Shown here: one piece after another, positions 7,414 through 16,264 of the stretch
Position numbering within the stretch: position 1 is the first letter of the stretch
Layout: each line of letters opens with the position of its first letter
Virus record (IMG/VR): IMGVR_UViG_3300017766_004124
Coordinates: 1-38,805 of that record
DNA: 38,805 bases
Origin: a virus
Lineage: Duplodnaviria; Caudoviricetes
Direction: 5' to 3' (one strand)
Notes under the pieces: generated by a model
The model's database searches: none
The model's input: the letters and a program-made list of their open reading frames with translations, nothing else
Told to the model about the DNA's origin: nothing
Translations under genes and position numbers: made by a program

Positions 7414-8616
7414 ATGGATAAAACAAAAAATGTATATGGACAAATCATAGATTATTCAGAGAAAACACCTTTGATAGGAGCTAAAATTGAATACGGAAAA
7501 TATAAAACCACAACAGATAAAGATGGAGATTTTACCATCAGGATACTTGAAAAAGATATTTCTAAGCTAATAGAAAATAAAACATACATTACTATATCTA
7601 AAAAAGGATACACTACTGCGACAATATATCCTGTAAATAGAGATAATATAATAAAATCTGAATTAGATACAATAGAATTAAAATCTACTACTTTACAAGC
7701 AGAACAAGAACAAACTAACGCTCAATTATATACCCAAGAAGAAAAAAAAATTTTAAATCAAGAAATAAATAAAAAAAACAACCTATCAGGAGCTCAGGCT
7801 CAATTACAAAAATCTATTTCAGGATTATCTTCTACTATTAAAAGAACTTTAGTACCTTTATTAATTTTATTAATAGCCCAATTTGGAGTTAGCGCTAAGT
7901 CTAAACAAATCCAAGAATCTATTAATAACAAACAATGCCCCAGCCCTGATAGTTTACTAAATATAATAAGAAGAAGAAATAAATTAGTAAATCAATTAAA
8001 TAATTTATATAAATCTATAGATCGATTATCTAAAATATTAACCGCTTTAACAGGATTTTTATCTATAACAAAAGTAGCTTTTTCTTTAATAAAAACCAAT
8101 AGAAATACTTTACTAGCATCTACTTCCACTATAATCCCCCCAGCAATAGTTCCGGGTCCCGTGATATCAACTCTTTTTGTAACTAAAGATGCTCAAGATA
8201 CTTTAGAACCTAAAATAAATAAAGCAATTAATTTAATAGCTAGTGCTTCTTTTTTAACACTTATGTTAGCTGCTTTATTAAAACAAGTAATTGAATTATT
8301 AAAACTTTTAGATACCTTAATTCAAGAATGTTCCCAATCTCAAAACATATCATTAGAACAACTTAATCCTGATATAGTAGCAGTCTCTCAGTTTTCTAAC
8401 AATGTATATAACGGAGAATATTCTTATAAAGGTTTTACATTTGAGATAAAAGAAGATACTAAAGATAATAACAAATATGTAAAAAGATATGCTGTGGCTA
8501 AAGATACTTTTGGAGTTGTTGTTCTTAAAGGAGAATCTTCATTTAGTTCTTCTACTGAAATATTAATAGAAGAATTAAAATTCATAATAGATAGAGATAA
8601 TTTAAAATCTTCTTAA
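7414..8616 (+). CDS. Baseplate-cluster protein with N-terminal CarboxypepD_reg-like domain and hydrophobic helices
   Basis: VYGQIIDYSEKTPLIGAKI...TTTDKDGDFTI...ITISKKGY matches the CarboxypepD_reg/SusC N-terminal pattern. Confidence 0.65.
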   Translation: MDKTKNVYGQIIDYSEKTPLIGAKIEYGKYKTTTDKDGDFTIRILEKDISKLIENKTYITISKKGYTTATIYPVNRDNIIKSELDTIELKSTTLQAEQEQTNAQLYTQEEKKILNQEINKKNNLSGAQAQLQKSISGLSSTIKRTLVPLLILLIAQFGVSAKSKQIQESINNKQCPSPDSLLNIIRRRNKLVNQLNNLYKSIDRLSKILTALTGFLSITKVAFSLIKTNRNTLLASTSTIIPPAIVPGPVISTLFVTKDAQDTLEPKINKAINLIASASFLTLMLAALLKQVIELLKLLDTLIQECSQSQNISLEQLNPDIVAVSQFSNNVYNGEYSYKGFTFEIKEDTKDNNKYVKRYAVAKDTFGVVVLKGESSFSSSTEILIEELKFIIDRDNLKSS

Positions 8617-8636
8617 CCCTTAAATATTTATAATAA

Positions 8637-8978
8637 ATGAAAACTAGTGACTTTAAAAAAATAGTAAAAGAATCTGTAAAAGAAGCTATTAAAGAAGAAT
8701 TAAAAGAAATTTTATTAGAGGCTTTGAAATCTTCTAAAACAATAGTAAAAGAAAATCTTCAATCTAAACCATCTTCAACAGATTATTTAACCCAAAGAAA
8801 AGCATATACTGACATATTGAATTCTATGTCTTCCAATATAACTGAAGATACACTTAATTTCAATACAGACTCAATGCCTTTTCAACCAAATCCAATAAAT
8901 ACATCTGCTGAAGGATCCTCTCTTCCTCCTGGAGAAGTGAGTTTAAATCAAATTATGAAAATGACTAATGGCATTTAA
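8637..8978 (+). CDS. Hypothetical protein with amphipathic acidic leader
   Basis: MKTSDFKKIVKESVKEAIKEELKEILLE; ATATTTAT at 8624. Confidence 0.75.
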   Translation: MKTSDFKKIVKESVKEAIKEELKEILLEALKSSKTIVKENLQSKPSSTDYLTQRKAYTDILNSMSSNITEDTLNFNTDSMPFQPNPINTSAEGSSLPPGEVSLNQIMKMTNGI

Positions 8979-9372
8979 TGAAAGAAAAATATATCCTTTA
9001 GACACTAAACCCAGTGTTGCTGTGGGGATAGGTCTTCCATTTAATGGGAATGCTGTTTTTAATTCAACATATTTAACCAAAGATGCTGTAAAAGCTAATT
9101 TAATTAATTTCTTTCTTACTAATAAAAATGAAAGATATCTAAATAATACTTTTGGAGCTAATTTAAGAGCTTTTATATTTGAGCAAATAACTAATGATAA
9201 TATTTCATTTTTAAAAGAAGATATTCAATTAAAAATTAATGAATATTTTTCAAATATAAAAGTTAATAGTTTAGAAATCAATCAATATCCTGATACTAAT
9301 TCTATTAATGTTATTTTATTTTATGAAGTGCCTAATACTAATATAAATGATCAGTTAGAACTTGAATTTTAA
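8968..9372 (+). CDS. gp25: Baseplate wedge subunit, T4 gp25/P2 gpW-like
   Basis: AVKANLINFFLTNKNERYLNNTFGANLRAFIFE is the GPW/gp25 signature; expected size and position. Confidence 0.9.
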   Translation: MAFNERKIYPLDTKPSVAVGIGLPFNGNAVFNSTYLTKDAVKANLINFFLTNKNERYLNNTFGANLRAFIFEQITNDNISFLKEDIQLKINEYFSNIKVNSLEINQYPDTNSINVILFYEVPNTNINDQLELEF

Positions 9373-9374
9373 AA

Positions 9375-11228
9375 ATGGCTAATAAAAAAGATATAAAATA
9401 TTTAAATAGAGATTTCAACTCTTTTAAAACAGCATTAATAGATTATGCTAAAACCTATTATCCCACAACATACAACGACTTCAGCCCATCTTCTCCAGGA
9501 ATGATGATTATGGAGATGGCATCGTATGTGGGAGACGTTTTATCATTCTATTTAGACAATCAAATACAAGAAACCTATTTACAGTTTGCTAGACAATCTA
9601 ATAATTTATTTGAATTAGCTTACATGTTTAATTATAAACCTAAAGTAACAGGAGCTGCTTCTGTTGATCTTTCTGTTTATCAATTGCTTCCTTCTAAATT
9701 ATCATCTAGTTTATATGTACCTGATTTTGATTATGCCTTAAAAATAAATAGAAACGCTACAGTTAATTCAACATTAGTTGGATCTATTTCTTTTTTAACT
9801 CAAGATGAAGTAGATTTTACAATATCAAGCTCATTAAGTCCTACTGAAATTACAGTTTACCAAATTTCTTCAGGAAATCCTACATTCTTTTTATTAAAAA
9901 AGACAGTTAAAGCTATATCTGCTACAATTAATACAACTTCTTTTTCATTTGGGTCTCCTCAAAAATTTCAAACTGTAGAAATATCCGCAGATAGGATGAT
10001 TGGAATTTTAGATATAATGGATTCTGAAGGGAATGAATGGTATGAAGTAGATCATTTAGCTCAAGATTGCATTTATGATTCTATAAAAAATACTAATATA
10101 AATGATCCTAATAACTATGTAAATCAAGATGCCCCTTATCTTCTTAAACTTAAAAAAATTCAAAGAAGATTCGCTTCTAAATTTATTAACTCAGGTTCTA
10201 TGCAAATCCAATTTGGTGCGGGTACAACAAATGACTCAGATGAAGAAATAATACCTAATTCTGATAATGTTGGGCTAGGATTACCATTTGGTCAAAGTAA
10301 ATTAACTACAGCATATAGTCCTACTAATTTTATATTTACTAATACTTATGGAATTGCACCATCTAATACAAATTTAACAGTTAGATATTTAACAGGAGGT
10401 GGAGTAACGTCCAATGTACCTTCTAATACATTAACTCAAATTAAAGGAGAAATTAAATTTTTAAAAAATAATCTAAATTCAACTACGGCTCAAACAATAA
10501 TAGATTCGTTAGCTGTTAATAATCTTGAAGCAGCTAATGGGGGGACAGATGGTGATACTATAGAAGAACTTAGACAAAATATAATCTCAAATTATAATAC
10601 TCAATTAAGAAATGTTACTCAAGATGACTATTTAATTAGAGCATTAAGTATGCCTCCCCAATTTGGTGTTATTGCTAAAGCTTATATTGAATCTACTAAA
10701 GTAGAAAATATAAATTTAGGAGAAATACCTTCGATTTTAGATTTATATGTATTAACTTACAACTATAATAAAAATCTTACTGTATCTTCTGATACTTTAA
10801 AGCAAAATTTATCAACATATCTATCTCAATATAGAGTAATAGGAGATTCTATTAGAATAAGAGATGCTTTTGTAATCAATATAGGAATTGATTTTGATAT
10901 AGTAGTTTTACCGGATTATAATAACAATGATGTTTTATTATCATGTATTAATTCTTTAAAAGATTATTTTAATATAGATAAATGGCAAATAAATCAACCT
11001 ATTTTATTAAAAGATTTATATATATTATTAGATAAAGTAGAAGGAGTACAAACAGTAAAAAATATTAATATTACAAATAAAGCTGGAGAAAATTTAGGGT
11101 ATTCAAAATATGGATATGATATAGCAGGAGCTACATTCAATAATGTAGTTTATCCTAGTTTAGATCCTAGTATATTTGAAATTAGATACCTTAATGAAGA
11201 TATAAATGGAAGAGTTGTTGGATTATAA
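9375..11228 (+). CDS. gp6: Baseplate wedge subunit, T4 gp6/baseplate J-like
   Basis: RDFNSFKTALIDY...NDFSPSSPGMMIMEMASYVGDVLSFY, IQFG, VRYLTGGG, GG.DGDTIEELR...RNVTQDDY. Confidence 0.9.
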   Translation: MANKKDIKYLNRDFNSFKTALIDYAKTYYPTTYNDFSPSSPGMMIMEMASYVGDVLSFYLDNQIQETYLQFARQSNNLFELAYMFNYKPKVTGAASVDLSVYQLLPSKLSSSLYVPDFDYALKINRNATVNSTLVGSISFLTQDEVDFTISSSLSPTEITVYQISSGNPTFFLLKKTVKAISATINTTSFSFGSPQKFQTVEISADRMIGILDIMDSEGNEWYEVDHLAQDCIYDSIKNTNINDPNNYVNQDAPYLLKLKKIQRRFASKFINSGSMQIQFGAGTTNDSDEEIIPNSDNVGLGLPFGQSKLTTAYSPTNFIFTNTYGIAPSNTNLTVRYLTGGGVTSNVPSNTLTQIKGEIKFLKNNLNSTTAQTIIDSLAVNNLEAANGGTDGDTIEELRQNIISNYNTQLRNVTQDDYLIRALSMPPQFGVIAKAYIESTKVENINLGEIPSILDLYVLTYNYNKNLTVSSDTLKQNLSTYLSQYRVIGDSIRIRDAFVINIGIDFDIVVLPDYNNNDVLLSCINSLKDYFNIDKWQINQPILLKDLYILLDKVEGVQTVKNINITNKAGENLGYSKYGYDIAGATFNNVVYPSLDPSIFEIRYLNEDINGRVVGL

Positions 11229-11242
11229 AAATAAAATTACAA

Positions 11243-12379
11243 ATGGCCGTATATAAAATATTCCCTAGTAAAGATACCACATTATATTCTTTATACCCTA
11301 ATCAAAATACAGGATTAGATCCTATTTTAGAAGTATATAATAAAACACACAATAGTAGTCCTTTATACATTTCTTCTGCAGAAGTAGCAAGAACATTAAT
11401 TGCTTTTGATTCAAATGAAATGCAAAATACTATCAATAATTTAATCAGCAGTTCTCAATGGCAAGCTAATCTTAAATTATTTAACGCTAAAACTACGGGA
11501 ATAGTTAATAATACTAGTCTTTATATATATCCTTTAGCTCAAGACTGGGCAAATGGTACAGGTAGATCAGATGATGAGCCTAAAACAGAAAATGGAGCTA
11601 GTTGGACTTGGAGTAATATAAATGATGGAATTACTTGGATTACTTCATCTTTTGGAGCTTATATAACTGCTTCTTTTCTTAACTCAAACCCAGGAGGAGG
11701 AGTATGGTATACGGGATCTTCAAACGGATTAATTTACGAAGTAACCCAATCTTTTGATACTAGAACCACCAAAGATATCAACTCAGATATTACTGATATT
11801 GTTGCTTCTTGGTATTCTTCTAGTATTAATAATTATGGATTGGTTGTAAAATGGGGATCTAATATAGAATATAATACAACATCTTCGGTTGAACCTAATA
11901 TGAATTTATTTGCAGTAGATACTCATACTATATATCCACCTCAACTTGAATTTAAATGGAATGACTATATATTTAATACAGGTTCTAATAATATCGGATT
12001 TATAAGTTCATCTCAATTAGTTATTTCATTTCCTAATAATAAGGAAACATATAATCAAAATAGTATTCAAAAATTTAGAATTAATACTAGACCTCAATAT
12101 CCGGCTCGTGTATTTCAAACAAGCTCTTTTTATATAACTAATCATTATTTACCTACTTCTTCATATTATGCTTTAAAAGATTTATCAACAAATGAATTTA
12201 TTATTGATTTTGATGAAACTTACACTAAAATTAGTGCTGATAATGAAGGAAATTATTTTAAAATATTTATGTCTGGGTTACAACCTGAAAGATACTATCA
12301 AATATTAGTTAAAACTATTATAGATGGGGAAACATTAATACTAGACAATAATTATTATTTTAAAGTAATAAATGGATAA
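11243..12379 (+). CDS. Virion structural protein with DNRLRE-like beta-sandwich
   Basis: DTTLYSLYPNQNTG..LEV...RTLIAFD...LYIYPLAQDWANG...DITDIVASW...NYGLVVK...PQLEFKW. Confidence 0.6.
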   Translation: MAVYKIFPSKDTTLYSLYPNQNTGLDPILEVYNKTHNSSPLYISSAEVARTLIAFDSNEMQNTINNLISSSQWQANLKLFNAKTTGIVNNTSLYIYPLAQDWANGTGRSDDEPKTENGASWTWSNINDGITWITSSFGAYITASFLNSNPGGGVWYTGSSNGLIYEVTQSFDTRTTKDINSDITDIVASWYSSSINNYGLVVKWGSNIEYNTTSSVEPNMNLFAVDTHTIYPPQLEFKWNDYIFNTGSNNIGFISSSQLVISFPNNKETYNQNSIQKFRINTRPQYPARVFQTSSFYITNHYLPTSSYYALKDLSTNEFIIDFDETYTKISADNEGNYFKIFMSGLQPERYYQILVKTIIDGETLILDNNYYFKVING

Positions 12380-12707
12380 AATAGATTTAAATAAAACTGT
12401 TTTTGAAAAAAGAGAATATAATAAAGTAATTGATACTTCATTCAATCAACTTACTTTAAAATCAATTCCTCCACCAATTCCATCAGCCGATGCTTCTATT
12501 GAACAGTTTTTTAAAATGTATAATGAATTGTTTTATGATATTCCTGAATTTGGAGAAACTAATTCACATGAGTATTTAATAAAACAAAGCAGTGCATATA
12601 TAGGGTTTCAACAAGAAAATGAAGATATTCAAGCACTACTAGATGAAATTGCTTCTTTACGACAAGAAAATTTGGATTTATTAAAACAACAACTACCATC
12701 ATCTTAA
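12372..12707 (+). CDS. Hypothetical structural-cluster protein with C-terminal coiled coil
   Basis: IQALLDEIASLRQENLDL; overlaps the upstream gene. Confidence 0.75.
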   Translation: MDKIDLNKTVFEKREYNKVIDTSFNQLTLKSIPPPIPSADASIEQFFKMYNELFYDIPEFGETNSHEYLIKQSSAYIGFQQENEDIQALLDEIASLRQENLDLLKQQLPSS

Positions 12708-12708
12708 G

Positions 12709-15700
12709 ATGAGCAATACTATAACTAACATAAAATCTATAGATGAATCTACCTTAGAGTATCAAGAATATTCTAATTCGGATACTAATTTAATTACTTC
12801 ATTTAATTTAAATGATATTTCTTTTGATAGTAATTTAAATACTATAGAATACCACATACTTGACTTTAATAAAACTTTAATAAATAGTAATTACAATTTA
12901 AAAGATTACTCTATTATTGATAATAAAATCAATTTAGATGTTGAAGGTAATTTAAAAAAAAGTGGATTTGAAGAGGGACAATACTATACTTTATATCACT
13001 TTTTAACCCCTCTACTTAATTCATCTCCTACCAATAACTATTTCATCTCAGAAATAAGTCCTGATAGAACTGAAATAAGGATTTCCAGTACTACTTTAAA
13101 TTCCTTAGCAATCACAGAAGGATATAATCAATTTATTTCTGGTTCAACCAATGCACCATATTATTTAGATTTTTATCTAAATTTTGGAAACAATGATTTA
13201 ATAATAGCTAATAATATTTTATTAGATAGTTCAATTCCTGATGAATCTACTATTCTTATAAAATTATATGAATCACTTCCTATTAATTTTGATTTAAATT
13301 CTCAATTGTGGGTTGTAAATAAATTATCAAATTCTTTAGCATATTCTATTGAATCTATTTTATTACTAGAAAATATATCAGACGTAATAAAATTAAAAGG
13401 ACCTAATGTAAATATCCCTTTAAAAGATAAAATAAACAACTCTACAGAATATACCAATTATGCCATTTTAAATTCAGTTACATCTTCATTCTTATCTAAT
13501 CAGTTAAATAGTTTTTTACAAAACACTTCAATAGAAATAAACACAGACTATTCAGATTATTCTAATTTTATACATTTTTCTTCAGCAAATACTAGATTAG
13601 AAAATTTTTACTATAAATTATTACTTTTAGAAAATTATCAATCTCAATCTAACTCAATATCATCAAATACTAATTCTTTTATTTCTTCTAGTCAAGTATC
13701 TTGGAATAATAAAATTGAAGAAATAATTAAAAATTTTGATGAATATGAATATTACCTATATTTTTCATCAGAAAGTAAAACATGGCCTAAATCTAATTCA
13801 ATTCCTCCTTACATAAATGTACCTTCTACTTCATCACAGGGACAGACGTGGTTATTATCTCAACTAGAAACAGCTTCCTTATATGATGAAAATAATAAAG
13901 ATGCTTTAGTAAATGCTATTCCTTCATATCTTAGAGAAGATCCATTAAATGAACCATATGAACTATTTGTTCAAATGTTGGGTCAACATTTTGATAATAT
14001 TTACTTATATTATCAAGAAGTATCAAATAAATATAACAATGATAATAGAGTAAATGCCGGAATTTCTAAAGATTTAATTTCTGATGCTTTAAAAGATTTT
14101 GGGATTAAAATTTACCAAAATAATTTTTCCACAGATGATTTATATTCTTCATTTTTAGGAATAACACCAGGAGGTAGTTTACTTCCAGTTACAGGTAGTG
14201 AATTAATTACAACATACGTAACAGCTTCTGCTACTGGTTCTTTAATTCCTCTCAATGACGTTAATAATGAAATTTATAAACGTCTTTATAATAATATTCC
14301 TTATTTACTTAAAAAGAAAGGTACTTTAGAAGGATTAAGAACATTAATTAATATTTATGGTATTCCTGATACTATACTTAGAATTAATGAATATGGTGGA
14401 AAAGATAAAAACAATGCTAATGATTGGGATTATTTTCAAGACCAATTTAATTATAATTTCTTCACTACAAGCTCAGGATATATTCAATTCGGAATAAATG
14501 TTTTTGGAGGAGGTTATGGAAGTGCTAGTTATGGAATTGAATATTATGGGGGTAGATCGCTTCCAACCAGTTCTTTTTCTACAGAATTTAGATTCAAAAC
14601 TACAGGAATTCCTATAACCTCAGGATTTAGCCAATCTTTAGCCCATTTTTCTCCAGATTTAAATTTTAATTTAGTATTAGAATATACCGGAAGTGGATAT
14701 ACTAGTGGATCATATGGTGGTTCTATACCTAATACCCAAAACCAATATGGTACTTTAAAATTTATAGATAATAATCTTAATTCAGCTAGTATATATCTTC
14801 CTTTCTTTAATGAAGATTGGTGGTCAATATTAGTAACAACTAGTGAAAACTATCCTCATACAAATACATTATATGTAAAAAATAAAATTTATAATGGAGT
14901 AGATGGATCTCAATTAGGATTTCAAGCATCTAGTAGTATTAGTGGAAGTGCTTATAGTTTATTAAATAACCAAACTTTCTATTTATCATATCCTACTAAT
15001 CTTACATTAGCTGGAAAAACTTATGCTCCATTTTCTGGTTCTTTTCAAGAATTAAGATTTTATAAAACAGCCATAAGCGAAAGTGTATTCGATGATTATG
15101 TGATGAATCCTTATTCTATTGAAGGAAACGAATTAATGGGTTCTCAATCATCTTTAAATTCATTAATATTTAGGGCTCCTTTAGGAAGTGTATTAGATAA
15201 TTATTCATCTTCTCTTAGAACTTCTATTCATCCTTCTATTACTAATTACCCTCCTACCCAATCCTTCAAAATATCAGGTAGTAGTAATTATTATGTAACT
15301 GGATCTTATTCTTTTGTTCCTAATAAAGAAATAATTTATTTAGATCAATTTCCGGCTGGAATTAAAAATGCAATTTCTGATAAAATAAAAATTACTGATA
15401 ATATTTTACCTGAAGGAGACACATTATCACCTTTTATTTCTATCCAACAGAAATTTCCTATTAGTGAAAGTTATACTCGTGATACTAATTATGTAGAAGT
15501 AGCTTTTTCACCACAAAACGAAATCAATGATGATATAATATCACAATTAGGATATTTTAATATTGGTGATTATATAGGAGATCCTAGACAATTAGTTAAC
15601 ACTAGTATAACTTTTTATCCTGATTTTAATCAAATTCGAGATAATTATTTTAAAAAATATCAAGGAAAATATAATTTAAAAGATTATATAAGATTAATAA

Positions 15701-16263
15701 AATATTTCGACAATTCTTTATTTAAACTAATAAAAGATTTTATCCCGGCTAGAACAAACTTAGCATCAGGGATTGTTATTAAACAACATTTATTAGAAAG
15801 AAATAGATATTCTCCTGCTCAAACTTCATATGAATTCCATAATGAATTTACAGCCTCAGTAAAATCATTTCCTTATGATTATACTGGTTCAAATACATTA
15901 TATAAAGTAGAAGGAGGAACAGGAGGGTCATTACCTGATTTAATATCAATTAGTAGTAGTTTAAATTATCCTGGAGTTATAAATATCACACAAAGTTGGT
16001 TAGAAGAATTTGAAGGTCCTAAAGGAATTTCATACATTTCTCACAGTACTCAAGATGAATTTTATAACGGAGAATTTGAAGGCACTAAATTGATATTAAC
16101 TAATGGTAATTTATCGAACAATACTAATCGTTTTAATAATATCATAGCTTTAAAATATACTCCGGTATTATATAAAACAACTATAACAAATGATTCAATA
16201 TTTTTTAATACTAATACTTCACCCAATCAGGGAGAAATATTAATTTATTTAGATTCAATATAA
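12709..16263 (+). CDS. Large baseplate wedge protein (P2 gpI/T4 gp7-like core plus LamG/ConA-like domain)
   Basis: NAIPSYL...GQHFD...LLKKKGTLEGLRTLINIYG and IKDFIPART (gpI-like); TEFRFKT...WWSILVT...FSGSFQELRFYKTAIS (LamG-like). Confidence 0.7.
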   Translation: MSNTITNIKSIDESTLEYQEYSNSDTNLITSFNLNDISFDSNLNTIEYHILDFNKTLINSNYNLKDYSIIDNKINLDVEGNLKKSGFEEGQYYTLYHFLTPLLNSSPTNNYFISEISPDRTEIRISSTTLNSLAITEGYNQFISGSTNAPYYLDFYLNFGNNDLIIANNILLDSSIPDESTILIKLYESLPINFDLNSQLWVVNKLSNSLAYSIESILLLENISDVIKLKGPNVNIPLKDKINNSTEYTNYAILNSVTSSFLSNQLNSFLQNTSIEINTDYSDYSNFIHFSSANTRLENFYYKLLLLENYQSQSNSISSNTNSFISSSQVSWNNKIEEIIKNFDEYEYYLYFSSESKTWPKSNSIPPYINVPSTSSQGQTWLLSQLETASLYDENNKDALVNAIPSYLREDPLNEPYELFVQMLGQHFDNIYLYYQEVSNKYNNDNRVNAGISKDLISDALKDFGIKIYQNNFSTDDLYSSFLGITPGGSLLPVTGSELITTYVTASATGSLIPLNDVNNEIYKRLYNNIPYLLKKKGTLEGLRTLINIYGIPDTILRINEYGGKDKNNANDWDYFQDQFNYNFFTTSSGYIQFGINVFGGGYGSASYGIEYYGGRSLPTSSFSTEFRFKTTGIPITSGFSQSLAHFSPDLNFNLVLEYTGSGYTSGSYGGSIPNTQNQYGTLKFIDNNLNSASIYLPFFNEDWWSILVTTSENYPHTNTLYVKNKIYNGVDGSQLGFQASSSISGSAYSLLNNQTFYLSYPTNLTLAGKTYAPFSGSFQELRFYKTAISESVFDDYVMNPYSIEGNELMGSQSSLNSLIFRAPLGSVLDNYSSSLRTSIHPSITNYPPTQSFKISGSSNYYVTGSYSFVPNKEIIYLDQFPAGIKNAISDKIKITDNILPEGDTLSPFISIQQKFPISESYTRDTNYVEVAFSPQNEINDDIISQLGYFNIGDYIGDPRQLVNTSITFYPDFNQIRDNYFKKYQGKYNLKDYIRLIKYFDNSLFKLIKDFIPARTNLASGIVIKQHLLERNRYSPAQTSYEFHNEFTASVKSFPYDYTGSNTLYKVEGGTGGSLPDLISISSSLNYPGVINITQSWLEEFEGPKGISYISHSTQDEFYNGEFEGTKLILTNGNLSNNTNRFNNIIALKYTPVLYKTTITNDSIFFNTNTSPNQGEILIYLDSI

Positions 16264-16264
16264 C

